Positions 10,618-21,030 are shown, numbered from the stretch's first letter. The stretch: 64,000 nucleotides of DNA from an uncultured Pseudobdellovibrionaceae bacterium (GCA_963803705.1 CAWDNU010000003.1:327564-391563), one strand, 5' to 3'. The notes: generated by a model not told the origin, from the sequence alone. Made by a program: numbers and translations.

Positions 10618-11082
10618 ATGAAAAAAAGTAAACAAAATCTAGATGTTGAAGTTGATTTAGTGTCGTTCATTTCACTTCTTTCGGTGCTGATCTGCTTTCT
10701 GCTTTTAACAGCGATTTGGATACAAATTGGATCGATCAACGTTAAACAAGCTGTTGGTGGGCAATCAGCCGCCGAGACCAAAAAAATCCCTGCACTTTGG
10801 ACCAAAATGCAATCTGATGGCAAAGTTGTCCTTCAATTTCAGGATTTTCCTAGATCAATAACCAGAAAGTTGGGTAGTTCTTTAACTTTAAGGGGCACTC
10901 AGGAAGGTAAAATTGATTTCGAAGCTTTTGAAAAGAAAATAGGCGAAGTAATCACTTTGGTTCCAGATTTAAAAACTGGCTTGGTTTTGCCGCAAGGTGA
11001 ATCAAGGTACGAGCATGTGATTCAGCTTATGGACGAGATGAAAAAAAGTGGCTTAATTGACCTAGGTGTTTCACCTATTTAG
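10618..11082 (+). CDS. ExbD/TolR-family protein (AglQ/AglS-like)
   Basis: There is a single N-terminal TM with the ExbD-type signature VDLVSFISLLSVLICFLL. Length is 154 aa. RBS: agagggga. Confidence 0.75.
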   Translation: MKKSKQNLDVEVDLVSFISLLSVLICFLLLTAIWIQIGSINVKQAVGGQSAAETKKIPALWTKMQSDGKVVLQFQDFPRSITRKLGSSLTLRGTQEGKIDFEAFEKKIGEVITLVPDLKTGLVLPQGESRYEHVIQLMDEMKKSGLIDLGVSPI

Positions 11083-11115
11083 ATAAATTTTAAATAAATT
11101 CTCGGAGTTTTAAAA

Positions 11116-11613
11116 ATGTCACAAAGTATTTTAGAACAGACAAGTTTTGCTAGTACGTTAGAAAGCACATCCACATTAAGCCCAAAAGCAGGTGGAAAAA
11201 ATAAGAATTTGGTGCAATCAGTTATGCTAACTTCCCTAGTAGATGCTTTTTCTATATTGGTTGTTTACTTGCTAATGAGCTACAGTAGTAGCGGCGAAAT
11301 CATGTATATGTCTAAGGATATGGTGCTACCGGACGCCACTCAGTCAGAAGTTTTAAATCGGCAGATAATTATAAAGTTTGATCAAGGGCAATATTATATT
11401 GAAAATGAAATTGTAGAGAAAAAAGATCTTTTTGCTCGCCTTCTGAAAATGAAAACTGAATTTAAAGAAAAGTACCCAGAGTTAGATTCTGAAAATAAAG
11501 TGATCATCCAGGCAGATAAAGGTGAAAAGTTCTTAGACTTAAATACGATTATTCACGCAAGTGCTCAAGCAGGATTTGAGGAGATTAAGTTTGCCGTTAT
11601 TAAAAATGGTTAA
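11116..11613 (+). CDS. ExbD/TolR-family protein, second copy
   Basis: The N-terminal TM is LTSLVDAFSILVVYLLM, and the C-terminal fold motif is VIIQADKGEKFLDLNTIIHASAQAGF. Confidence 0.7.
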   Translation: MSQSILEQTSFASTLESTSTLSPKAGGKNKNLVQSVMLTSLVDAFSILVVYLLMSYSSSGEIMYMSKDMVLPDATQSEVLNRQIIIKFDQGQYYIENEIVEKKDLFARLLKMKTEFKEKYPELDSENKVIIQADKGEKFLDLNTIIHASAQAGFEEIKFAVIKNG

Positions 11614-11626
11614 TTAGAGGGGAGTT

Positions 11627-14600
11627 TTGAGTATGCGTTTAGTTATTATTCTATTATTTATTTTTTCAAACGTTTCATATGCTGCTAAATTTGATGCGCA
11701 GACACGCACACAGCTGATAAATAAATTTTCAAAAGTGTACGATCAACTTTCTGATGAAGAGCCTGCTAAAGTAAATGTTACACTGCGACTAGCAGACTTA
11801 TTAGCCGAGCAGGGTCGTTACTTAGCAAATGAAGAGTTAGGTCGTGGTTGTGAGGTTTGTGACGCAGGAGTTGATGAAAGGCAACGTGCGCTAAAATTTT
11901 ATGAAGAAGCTGCAGGACAGTTAAAAAGTAACAAAAAAGCTTCTGTTTTGATTCAGATGGGGCATTTAAAAGAAATGCTAGGGCAAGAATCCCAGGCTAC
12001 CTCTAATTACCTTGCTGCGATACAAGTTGCCATCAATCCCGCTTATTTAAACGAAGCACAATTTTCTTTGGCTGAAATTTATTTTAAGAGAAGACAGTTT
12101 CAAGACGCTGCAAAATATTATGAGATGGTTGTCGCTCATCCTGACAAAAAAGGTAAGCGAGGATTTGCCGCCTATAGGAAAGCTTGGAGTCATTTTAATT
12201 TAGGGGATTACGATAAGGCAACTGACCAGTTAGTAACAATGCTAGAAAGTCCCGATCTCTTAAACCGCGGATCCAGTAATGGTCTGATATCTGTAGACAC
12301 AAATTTTCAAGATGAGATTTCCAGGGACTATGTCGTTTTTACCACTAAAAAGGGCTACAGTCTTAAAGATTTTGAGACTCTTTTTAAGCTTTCTAGAAAA
12401 GAGTCTCGCCTAGAGCATATTTTTAATTTAGCAGATGAGCTTGAAAGATTAGGGCAAAATGAATCTGCTATAAATGTCTGGTCCCGACTTATAAAGAAAC
12501 TTAGTGATCCTGTAAAAAAATGGGAAGCTCACGTGAGATATGCTAATCTGTTGCGTGAAAACAAGAACTTTGATGAGTCTTTAAAACTTTATGAAAGATC
12601 GTTAGGCCTATCAGAAAGACAAAAATCTTGTCAAACAGACCAGTGTGAAGAGATTCGATCTCGTGAAAGGAGTTATGTTCTTGACTGGAATAAGGAGCTA
12701 AAATCAACTCCTAGTAAAGATCTTGCCTTAGCCTACGAAATTTACAACAAAGTTAACCAGAGCTTAGACACGCAGTACTGGGGTGCAGAGGCGTGGTTAG
12801 CAGTTGATGATAAAAGTAAAGCCTTCAAAAGTTTTGAAAAAGCCATCGATAAGTATCCTCAATCGTTAGCCAATACAAAGAAGCCAGAGAACATAAAGGC
12901 TTACAATGAGATGTATGAAAACTCTCTATTGAAAAGAATCGAGATAGCTGAGCAGTTAAAGCTTAAGAGTCTGCCAAGTGTTTATAATCAATATGCTAAA
13001 CTTTCCAAAAATAAAGCTCAGCTGAATCAAGTCAATTACCAGCTAGCTAGGTTGAACTACGAAGATAAAAAGTATCTGGAAGCTTACAATGACTTTTTAA
13101 ATTACGCTAAAACGACCAATTCTACAGACAAAGCATCTATAAAACTTAAAGAGCAGGCTGCTGACTTGGCTCTGGACTCATTAGTTCTGGCTAAAAGGGA
13201 TGATCTGCTTATTGAGGCTGCTAACGAGTTATCACGTTTAATACCAAACAAGGCTAAAGAGTATGATCAGATAATTAGAAAAGCTGTGATTAATCAATCT
13301 CTAAAATTAGCTAAAGGCGACGACAATTCCGGTGGAAACAAAAAGGCTTTAAGGCTTTTGAAAGAAGCTGATTTTAGTAATGCCTCTCTGGAAGAGCGAG
13401 AACTCATTGCGAAGAACAAGATGATTTTGGCCGAGCAAGTTGGCCAGATCGCAGAAGCAAATGGATACGTCGACCAGTACCTTTTATTGCCAGATCTTTC
13501 TGAAGAAGATAAGCAGTTTGCCTACAAAAAGAAGGCGTGGTTATCCGAGCTAATGTTTGACTTCAAGGCTGCATTAGCTGCTACGGAAAAAATCAAAGGT
13601 ATTAAAGAGCCTACCAGGACTTTGCAGTTAGCACTCTTAACAGATTTGTCTGGTGGTGATCCAAAAGTGCTGTTCGACCAATATATTATGAAAAATCCTA
13701 AAGAACCGGAGTCTTTGGACATGGCTGTAGAGCTTATGAAATCAAGCAAAAGCCCATGGAGTGCATTTGAGCGGTATCAGAAAACTTTGTCATCTTCAGA
13801 TGATAAGTGGAAAGAAGCCCTTTTGTTATCTTTTGAAAAGACCCCAGATAAAGCTGAGCTTTCAAAATATTTAACTTGGGATACTCTAGATCCAAAAAAG
13901 AGAATTGAAATTTTACAAACTCAGCTTTTCAAGCCCGTTTTAGATAAGGAAAAACTTGTTCTTTCAAGTATGACCGTAGACACATCGACTCAGCAGAAAA
14001 TGACTAAAGCTCTTAAAGATAGGGTAGCCGAAATAAAACGATATGAAGGCTTTGTTACAAAAGTTATTAAGTCTGAACTTTGGTTTGGTCAGATTTATGC
14101 TTTAGATTTTTTATCTAAAGAGTCTAAAAGATTTTATGACGAAGTTATGTCTTTGCCAATTCCTGACGGCCTGAGTGCAGATGAGCAAAACCAGTATATG
14201 AATTTGCTATCACAAAATGCTTCTCCCTTTTTGACAAAACATAACCAGATCAATACAAAATTGGAAGAAATTTGGAACCAGAAGAAATCTGTTAATCAAG
14301 TTTTTGAAACTCTAAGTTCTCAACCGAAGTGGGTTCAAATTTTGTGGACCTCAGAATACAATAAGTTGTCTGACATTGCCCCTGAGGATTTTAAGAAGTA
14401 CGTGCTTGGAAAAATCGACCAGCTGGGTGAAAAGGCAGTAGTTAAAAATGAAAGATCAAAAGATGTGCCTTTAAATAAAGTTATGAAGTTGAAGACTAAA
14501 GTGATGCAATCTCCATTTGACAGAAAACTTCTGACCGAGCTGCTCGACATTGAAAAGCTAAGAAACCAAGATCAAATGGTAATCTACTTAAATCAAAGAC

Positions 14601-14641
14601 TATCTAAATTAAAAAATCTTAAACAGGAGACAGTGAAATGA
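11627..14641 (+). CDS. large secreted TPR-repeat protein (GltD/AgmU- or AgmK-like scaffold candidate)
   Basis: It has a signal peptide (MRLVIILLFIFSNVSYA) and repeated TPR-like helices (AEIYFKRRQFQDAAKYYE, AWSHFNLGDYDKA). The ATG at 11633 has the better RBS spacing (gaggggag-N7). Confidence 0.6.
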   Translation: MSMRLVIILLFIFSNVSYAAKFDAQTRTQLINKFSKVYDQLSDEEPAKVNVTLRLADLLAEQGRYLANEELGRGCEVCDAGVDERQRALKFYEEAAGQLKSNKKASVLIQMGHLKEMLGQESQATSNYLAAIQVAINPAYLNEAQFSLAEIYFKRRQFQDAAKYYEMVVAHPDKKGKRGFAAYRKAWSHFNLGDYDKATDQLVTMLESPDLLNRGSSNGLISVDTNFQDEISRDYVVFTTKKGYSLKDFETLFKLSRKESRLEHIFNLADELERLGQNESAINVWSRLIKKLSDPVKKWEAHVRYANLLRENKNFDESLKLYERSLGLSERQKSCQTDQCEEIRSRERSYVLDWNKELKSTPSKDLALAYEIYNKVNQSLDTQYWGAEAWLAVDDKSKAFKSFEKAIDKYPQSLANTKKPENIKAYNEMYENSLLKRIEIAEQLKLKSLPSVYNQYAKLSKNKAQLNQVNYQLARLNYEDKKYLEAYNDFLNYAKTTNSTDKASIKLKEQAADLALDSLVLAKRDDLLIEAANELSRLIPNKAKEYDQIIRKAVINQSLKLAKGDDNSGGNKKALRLLKEADFSNASLEERELIAKNKMILAEQVGQIAEANGYVDQYLLLPDLSEEDKQFAYKKKAWLSELMFDFKAALAATEKIKGIKEPTRTLQLALLTDLSGGDPKVLFDQYIMKNPKEPESLDMAVELMKSSKSPWSAFERYQKTLSSSDDKWKEALLLSFEKTPDKAELSKYLTWDTLDPKKRIEILQTQLFKPVLDKEKLVLSSMTVDTSTQQKMTKALKDRVAEIKRYEGFVTKVIKSELWFGQIYALDFLSKESKRFYDEVMSLPIPDGLSADEQNQYMNLLSQNASPFLTKHNQINTKLEEIWNQKKSVNQVFETLSSQPKWVQILWTSEYNKLSDIAPEDFKKYVLGKIDQLGEKAVVKNERSKDVPLNKVMKLKTKVMQSPFDRKLLTELLDIEKLRNQDQMVIYLNQRLSKLKNLKQETVK

Positions 14642-14865
14642 GGTTAATTCTAATTTTAACTCTTATTAGTTTACCAGTATTCGCTTTCGCAGCTAAGAAA
14701 CCCAAATCGACCAACTTTAATTTTGATGAGCTGTTGATCCAAGGTGAGTACCATTTCTCCGATGAGATTACGACTACAGTTGAGCAAGACAAGGTCTTAG
14801 ATGCATTGTTAGGTGTTAGAAAAGACTTCAAAGATAGAATGAAACGATCAGCGAGCAGGTACTAA
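14638..14865 (+). CDS. small secreted protein of the motor operon
   Basis: Its signal peptide is MRLILILTLISLPVFAFA. It has an ATGA overlap with the upstream gene. No family was recognised. Confidence 0.4.
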   Translation: MRLILILTLISLPVFAFAAKKPKSTNFNFDELLIQGEYHFSDEITTTVEQDKVLDALLGVRKDFKDRMKRSASRY

Positions 14866-14867
14866 AA

Positions 14868-16004
14868 ATGATAGAAAAAGTCTGTTTAAAGAATATATCA
14901 GGCCAAGTTGTAAGGATCTTACCCTTACCTGATGTTGACAAGATGGTTGTCACAAGAAATCCGAGTGACCAGCGTTTAACTTTTAGACCCGCTTACGAGA
15001 AAGACCTTTTAGTCTCTCAAGGCTGGATTATTCTTCGGGAGATTAGCTGTGATCAAGTGCTAAATGGTGATATTAGATTAACTCCTGAATTATCTTTAAC
15101 CAAATTTTCTGAAGATGTCATAGCAGATCCCCACTTAACTGAAGAAGATAGTTCTTTATTTCGTAAATCGGCTTTGCTTAGCATTTTGTTCGGTCTTTTA
15201 CTTATCTCTATAATGCTTAATATGCCAAAGCCTGACCAAGTTGAAGTCAAAGAAGAGCTTAAGCAGCAGGTGGTCAAAATTATAAAACAGCAAAAGAAAG
15301 AAGTTATTAAGCTAAATAAAATTGCTCGCAGCAGGCCAACACCTACGCCAACCACTAACAAGCCCCAACCTAAAACTCAGAACCAGATTAAAAGAATGGG
15401 AGCCTTGGCGGCATTGGGCAGTTTATCTAATAGTAATCAGAAGGGCGGCCTTGATCTTGGTGCCGTTCAGAAATCTGCAGGCCCTGGCATGGGTGGAACT
15501 CAAGGCAGCGGGGGGGTTCAAACTTCACTGTATGGCAAGGGTATAGTTTCTGCTCCACTAGGAGCAGGCGGAAACTTAAACGGTGCCGGTGGGTACGGAA
15601 CTAAAGGTAAAGGCGGTGGCAAAGCCGGTTTCGGTAAGCTTAGTTTAGTTGGGTCCGCAGGAACGTCTGTGATTCCAGTTGGAACTGAGGTTATATCAGG
15701 TGGCGGTTTATCCAACGAAGATATTTGGGCTGTAATAAGAAGAAATCAGGGTCAAATACGTTTTTGCTATGAGCAGGGTCTTCAATCCGATCCTAAATTA
15801 AAAGGTGTTGTAAGAACGAATTTTACAATCAATTCAAATGGTCAAGTGGCCAAAATATCTATTGCGGGCACCACTCTTAATTCTAAGATCGTTGAGGATT
15901 GCATCTCACTTAGAATTAAGTCTTGGAAATTTCCTCTGCCTCAGGGTGGAAAAAGCATCAGTGTTCAGGTGCCATTTAATTTAACTAAACAAGGACAGGG
16001 ATAA
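14868..16004 (+). CDS. TonB-like protein with AgmX/PglI-type C-terminal domain
   Basis: It has a central TM, a Pro/Thr-rich linker (RSRPTPTPTTNKPQPK) and a Gly-rich stretch. The C-terminus is IRFCYEQGLQSDPKLKGVVRTNFTINSNGQVAKISIAG..VEDCISLRIKSWKFPLPQGG, typical of GltG/GltJ-type domains. Confidence 0.65.
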   Translation: MIEKVCLKNISGQVVRILPLPDVDKMVVTRNPSDQRLTFRPAYEKDLLVSQGWIILREISCDQVLNGDIRLTPELSLTKFSEDVIADPHLTEEDSSLFRKSALLSILFGLLLISIMLNMPKPDQVEVKEELKQQVVKIIKQQKKEVIKLNKIARSRPTPTPTTNKPQPKTQNQIKRMGALAALGSLSNSNQKGGLDLGAVQKSAGPGMGGTQGSGGVQTSLYGKGIVSAPLGAGGNLNGAGGYGTKGKGGGKAGFGKLSLVGSAGTSVIPVGTEVISGGGLSNEDIWAVIRRNQGQIRFCYEQGLQSDPKLKGVVRTNFTINSNGQVAKISIAGTTLNSKIVEDCISLRIKSWKFPLPQGGKSISVQVPFNLTKQGQG

Positions 16005-17425
16005 TGAAACAATTTTTTTTAGTGTTATTTTTTCCAATTATTTTCACTTTAGCCGGTTGCGATGATAAAGCAGACCCATTCAGAAATAAGAGTGATGCGG
16101 TTAGGGACGCTGAAGTTAAACCTACTGCTGATGATCCGATTCCTGGAATCAGCCCAAATGCTATGGATATAACATTAGTTAGAGACCTAGATTCATTATA
16201 TTTCGAAGAGGGCGTTGAGTACGCTTATGAGGTCAACGTCAGATTATATCTACCTAATATCGATTTCGAAGCCGAGCTAGTGGGTGCCCCAGAAGGAATG
16301 ACTTTAGAGCTAAAGAGTGAATTTAACGGCGAAGTCGTAACGTCCCCAGTAGATACTGACGCAGATATCACTGATGCTGCTGATGAGGTCACAGGTGATG
16401 TTGCAAATGAGAACGATGCTGAACCTGCATCTGTCGCGAATCAAAAAATTTACATTATAAGATGGAAGCCTGGATTTGATACCATTCCCGACGTTACTAT
16501 TCCATCCATAACTAGGTTTTTAACTTTTAAAGTTAACGTTGGTGCTGACAAAGTTAGAACTAAGTCATTTAGGTATAACGTTAACCAAGCTACCACAAAG
16601 CTTAAAATCGCAGGGTTTGAAATTGATCCCGATTTGAGAGAGGGCGAGAAGCGAGGATTAGCGAAGATTTATGTAAGTTACCCTGGATTGTTAAGTACAT
16701 CTAAGTTTCCCCAAATTTTTATTGATACCACTAGTAATTCTCCAGTGGCTGCATGCACAAATCTACCGCCTTTGTTTGAACTGAACTCAGCTAAATATAT
16801 TGATGATCCAAAAGATCCAAATTTTGAAAACATAGAATACAATTACACCGTGAACCTGACTAAGTTCGATATCACTACTAATTCAGTATCTTGTAATCTG
16901 AACTTGTTTGTAGTGAATCTAGGTAACGTTTCGGATCCATACCCGGTTAATGTTGTGGTCTTGAACACCATTACTGATCCAGAAACCACTTGGGGTGAAA
17001 ATATCAACCTAACTTTTGAGCAAGAAAAGGAAACAGCATTTTACTTTCAAGTTTATGGTGTTAAAAATGAGGGATCTATTAAAGTTGACTTTCCAACTCC
17101 TTGTTCGCAGATTTTTAAAAGACAGGGTGATTGTAAGTGCAGGACTTTCAAAGGCTATAATTATAGGCACAAAGTTGAATGCTTAGTTGAAGTGAATCAC
17201 AAAAAAACATTTTCAAAGCAATCTTACCCAATTGTCTTCACTGCACAGATGGTCAATGGTCCTTCGGCGTCATCCAAGCGCATTACTTTTAGACGAACGA
17301 TTACGTTTAGCCCTAAAGGAATTGGTTTTTTCGATGTCGACGGCGCTACAGATATCAACGATGCCGAAACCGATGCGAAAGGTAATGAACTAACCCAAGA
17401 CCAAATGAAAAGTAGAGCCCAATAG
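16004..17425 (+). CDS. lipoprotein, unknown function (motor operon)
   Basis: It has a lipobox (FTLAGC) and a TAATG overlap. An acidic insert is DTDADITDAADEVTGDVANENDAE. Confidence 0.5.
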   Translation: MKQFFLVLFFPIIFTLAGCDDKADPFRNKSDAVRDAEVKPTADDPIPGISPNAMDITLVRDLDSLYFEEGVEYAYEVNVRLYLPNIDFEAELVGAPEGMTLELKSEFNGEVVTSPVDTDADITDAADEVTGDVANENDAEPASVANQKIYIIRWKPGFDTIPDVTIPSITRFLTFKVNVGADKVRTKSFRYNVNQATTKLKIAGFEIDPDLREGEKRGLAKIYVSYPGLLSTSKFPQIFIDTTSNSPVAACTNLPPLFELNSAKYIDDPKDPNFENIEYNYTVNLTKFDITTNSVSCNLNLFVVNLGNVSDPYPVNVVVLNTITDPETTWGENINLTFEQEKETAFYFQVYGVKNEGSIKVDFPTPCSQIFKRQGDCKCRTFKGYNYRHKVECLVEVNHKKTFSKQSYPIVFTAQMVNGPSASSKRITFRRTITFSPKGIGFFDVDGATDINDAETDAKGNELTQDQMKSRAQ

Positions 17426-17450
17426 GCGTAGTCTATAATAAGGAGAATTT

Positions 17451-18128
17451 ATGAAATTAATGTCAATATTTACAATGGTTATTCTAGCTTTCGCACAGCC
17501 CTCTTGGAGCTCGGATCTTTTAGAGGACTTTGACTCCTTAGGCGGAAACTCTGACCTATATGAAAAGGCAACTGCGTTAAGCCCTGAGCTGAAAACTCAA
17601 GTGATTCAGAATCGAATTGTAAGCCGCAGACTTAGGTTGGAAGTTTCACCTACTTACTCTACCTACTGGGGTGGAAATCCTTACATATCAAGTCAATCTG
17701 CAGGTATGGAATTTTCATTTCACCTTAATCCAAGATGGTCCTTGGATGCCTCGTATCACTTTGCGTTCACAAATAATACCACTTCTGAGGGCGAGTTTTT
17801 GATCAATAATGATATTGTACCGGACATTGATTTTCCAACTTCATCAATGATGGGATTTGTAACCTACTATCCTCTATACGGAAAACTTAATATGTTCGAA
17901 AATATCGTACACTTCGACATCTACACTTCACTGGGTGTAGGCTCTACTGAACTTAGATTTGGTAACCAAGCAACTTTGGGCGCCAATTTAGGTATGGGCA
18001 TATGGTGGAGTCAACATCTGACCACACGAATTGGTTATCGTTACTTAACTTATGAAGCACAGCTTAAGAACGGTCCACAACAGTTAGATATGTCTTCTGG
18101 ATTCTTATCAGTGGGGTACTTACTATGA
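17451..18128 (+). CDS. outer-membrane beta-barrel protein candidate (GltA/GltB-like)
   Basis: It has a signal peptide and alternating amphipathic beta-strand patterns (WSLDASYHFAF, TRIGYRYLTYEA). Length is 225 aa. Confidence 0.45.
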   Translation: MKLMSIFTMVILAFAQPSWSSDLLEDFDSLGGNSDLYEKATALSPELKTQVIQNRIVSRRLRLEVSPTYSTYWGGNPYISSQSAGMEFSFHLNPRWSLDASYHFAFTNNTTSEGEFLINNDIVPDIDFPTSSMMGFVTYYPLYGKLNMFENIVHFDIYTSLGVGSTELRFGNQATLGANLGMGIWWSQHLTTRIGYRYLTYEAQLKNGPQQLDMSSGFLSVGYLL

Positions 18129-19717
18129 GTTATAATTTACTTTTCGTTGTGGCATTAATTTTTTCTTCCAGTGCTCAAGCAAACGACATTATGGATCTGC
18201 TTGGAGGTAAGGAAGCCAAAGTTGAAGAGATTGGTAAAGATAAAAGTCTAACCAAAGAGTTACGACGACAAATTGGATCAATGAATGCTGAACAGAATAT
18301 CTTATTTAACTTTCTTGATAAGGGCGAATACGAAAAAGCCTTTTATCAGTGGGGCTCAGCATTTGATGGCACTAAATTTGCCTATTCGCCCACAGGACGA
18401 GCTCTTAAAGCATATTTGTTTTATAAAGTAGGTTTAGAGATAAACGCTTTAGAAATGTTAACTAGTATTCAAAACCCAGGTACTATCAAAAAACAGATGC
18501 TAAGTTTTTGGAAAGAAACAGCACCTGCAAACTCACCAACTTGGGCATTATCTGATATAAAATGGGATCCGATTTGGACAGATGTTTTTGGACGACGCGC
18601 TGAGGTTCAAGTCAAAAGCAAAAGGCTAGTGGACGCAAGCGACTACAAGGCTATCGAATCTCTACTTCGTAAATCTAGTGAGGATACAGAAGAAAGAGCC
18701 TGGTTGGAATGGCAATTGGCTTTGCACTTTGCACTCAACGGGGATGCGGCAAAAGGGTCTAAAGTACTAAGCTTATTGATGAAAGAAAAAGAAAATTTCA
18801 TTGACCCAAACCTGATGAATATAACTGCAGCACGAATGCTTTATGAAAATGGATACTTGGACGCGGCAGTGAAATACTATAAAACCGTGCCTAAAAAATC
18901 AGACTACTGGTTTACAGCCCAAGAAGAATTGGCATGGTCATATATTCGTAGAGGTGAGCCCCAAAATACATTAGCCGTAACAAAATCCTTAGTTCAGCCT
19001 GGATTTAAAGCCTTGATCGGCCCTGAGGCAGTCTTTTTAAGGGCTTTGTCGCAGTTGAAAGTTTGTGACTATAAGGGAGCTGCAAAGTCTTTAGTTGATT
19101 TTAAAAAGTATTTTAGGCCTAAGGCCCAAAACCTTGAGTCTTTGATGGCAGATAATCAGAAACCTATTGAATACTTCTTTAATCTTTTAGAAGAGAAAGG
19201 AAGGATGCCTCTTGCGAAGCTTAAGTCCAAAGCTTACGAGCTTCCCAGGTACGTGACCAGAGACGAGGTGCTCTACATCCTATCTCAAAGAGCTTTTGGC
19301 TTGAAGAAAGAAGCAAAAAAAGCTGACGAGCTGTATTCAAGGTCATTAGCCGGAGGAACTGCTAAAGTTGGTTTTCAAGCTGATATTAATGATATTAAGG
19401 TCGGCACACAAAATAAATTTCAGACTGCAAAAAATGCTTTTTACAACCGCGTTAAGTCGCTTGCAACTGAAGAGATAACAGAAATTAACCAGATCTTACA
19501 GAAAATGCACATCGTCGAGGCTGAAATTTTGCAACAGATAACTGTTTCTTCTGACATAGCTTCAACTGACAGAAGTATGTTTGATAAGAAAAAAGGTTCC
19601 ACAGGCTCTGAAGCTAAAGACGTCCTAAGGTTTCCTGCTACAGACGAAATTTGGTTTGATGAAATATCTAATTTTAAAATTGATGTCAAAAAAGGGTGTC
19701 AAATCTCTAAACAGTAG
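18125..19717 (+). CDS. secreted TPR-like/helical repeat protein
   Basis: It has a signal peptide (VALIFSSSAQA), helical repeats (YENGYLDAAVKYYKTVP) and an ATGA overlap. Confidence 0.4.
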   Translation: MSYNLLFVVALIFSSSAQANDIMDLLGGKEAKVEEIGKDKSLTKELRRQIGSMNAEQNILFNFLDKGEYEKAFYQWGSAFDGTKFAYSPTGRALKAYLFYKVGLEINALEMLTSIQNPGTIKKQMLSFWKETAPANSPTWALSDIKWDPIWTDVFGRRAEVQVKSKRLVDASDYKAIESLLRKSSEDTEERAWLEWQLALHFALNGDAAKGSKVLSLLMKEKENFIDPNLMNITAARMLYENGYLDAAVKYYKTVPKKSDYWFTAQEELAWSYIRRGEPQNTLAVTKSLVQPGFKALIGPEAVFLRALSQLKVCDYKGAAKSLVDFKKYFRPKAQNLESLMADNQKPIEYFFNLLEEKGRMPLAKLKSKAYELPRYVTRDEVLYILSQRAFGLKKEAKKADELYSRSLAGGTAKVGFQADINDIKVGTQNKFQTAKNAFYNRVKSLATEEITEINQILQKMHIVEAEILQQITVSSDIASTDRSMFDKKKGSTGSEAKDVLRFPATDEIWFDEISNFKIDVKKGCQISKQ

Positions 19718-19729
19718 GAGTAAATAAAA

Positions 19730-20821
19730 GTGCTGAACAGACTTTCATTTATATTTTTTGGATTGATGATCATTGCAGGTTGCTATGATGGCGACAAAAC
19801 CTTGATTCCAAGGCAGCCTTATGTACCTTTAGAAGTTGAGGAAGGTTACAACCTGGTTTTTGAACCTAAAGTTGATATTTTGTTTCTGATTGATAATTCT
19901 GGAAGTATGTCTCAACATCAGAAGAGAGTCGCCGACAATATTGACCTTTTTGCAACTGCAATGGGTAAAAATAAGTTTTTAGATTATCAGATAGGTGTCA
20001 TCTCAACCGATCACGATCCTTCAAAATCAAATTCTCATTCGGGTAAGCTTCAAGGTCGACCAAACTTTGTAACACGAGATATGGTCACTGGCCTTGATGA
20101 TTTAAAGAGCAACATCACGGGACTGCGAACCTCTGGATCTGCTAGAGAAATGTTTTTTGACCCTTTGATGTATGCTATTTCAACTAGTCAGAACTTAAAT
20201 CCCGATTTCATGCGCCCTGAAGCTTTTTTTGCACTTATCATCGTTTCTGATAGCTATGATCAAAGCCGGGAAACTTCTGGATTTAAGGTTTTAGACACCC
20301 TGGTAAGACAAAAAGCATATGATACCGATCGGGTTCTTGGTTATGCGGTTCTTGCATACCCAGAGTACTTTGGTCAGCCTTGCAACAGAGAGGAAAAGCC
20401 TCCCGAGAACTTATTTGACTTTATGCTGGGATTTTCAAATTCATCAAATACTCAGATCGGAGGAGGAGTGTCCGCTCCGATCTCTAATCCCACTGTGCCT
20501 CAACGCTATCAAACTTTGACAAATGTTTTTAGTTTATGTGACCCCCAGTTTGGTCAGAAGGTAGCTGACATAGGCGAGGACATAAGAATAAGGGTTTCAG
20601 AGAAGATACCTCTCCCAGTGAGACCAGTTGATGGAACGATCAAGTTAAAATACGGGAAACAAGTGGTAGATAAGAAGTGGTGGAAATATGATTTTTCTTC
20701 CAATAGCATCATCTTGAACCCGTTGGTCGAATTAGATGAAACTCAAGTAGATGCGCAGCTGTTTGTAGTTATGGATCAAGCCGACACAGAGTCAGCTATT
20801 GGCGATCCTAACCCAAGGTAG
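19730..20821 (+). CDS. lipoprotein with von Willebrand factor A-like (MIDAS) domain
   Basis: It has a GTG start with RBS aggag, a lipobox (IIAGC) and a DxSxS MIDAS motif in DILFLIDNSGSMS. Confidence 0.5.
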   Translation: MLNRLSFIFFGLMIIAGCYDGDKTLIPRQPYVPLEVEEGYNLVFEPKVDILFLIDNSGSMSQHQKRVADNIDLFATAMGKNKFLDYQIGVISTDHDPSKSNSHSGKLQGRPNFVTRDMVTGLDDLKSNITGLRTSGSAREMFFDPLMYAISTSQNLNPDFMRPEAFFALIIVSDSYDQSRETSGFKVLDTLVRQKAYDTDRVLGYAVLAYPEYFGQPCNREEKPPENLFDFMLGFSNSSNTQIGGGVSAPISNPTVPQRYQTLTNVFSLCDPQFGQKVADIGEDIRIRVSEKIPLPVRPVDGTIKLKYGKQVVDKKWWKYDFSSNSIILNPLVELDETQVDAQLFVVMDQADTESAIGDPNPR

Positions 20822-21007
20822 AGAGCTTGGTGCCTACGACCGAGCTCTATTTGCTGTATTAATTTCTGAAGTAGCTGTTCATCAACTGTTCTACTTTGCC
20901 TCTCGGCCACTCTGAGATTAAGTTAGAGTGGTGTCAAAATGCCTTCAAATTAGATGAGTCTATAAAAAAAATCACATGATCCGCTATACCTTAAGTAAGC
21001 TCGTCAC

Positions 21008-21030
21008 TTCAGTGCCACTTTGGCACTGAA
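21008..21030 (+). terminator. hairpin between convergent genes (weak terminator candidate)
   Basis: The stem is ttcagtgcc / ggcactgaa (9 bp) with a 5-nt loop. The T tract after it is only weak. Confidence 0.3.

Noticed and set aside
15322-15715. ORFs 15322..15546 (+) and 15518..15715 (-) within the TonB-like gene
   Set aside because: They are alternative frames of the Gly/Pro-rich linker region. Repetitive GC-richer codons keep several frames open.
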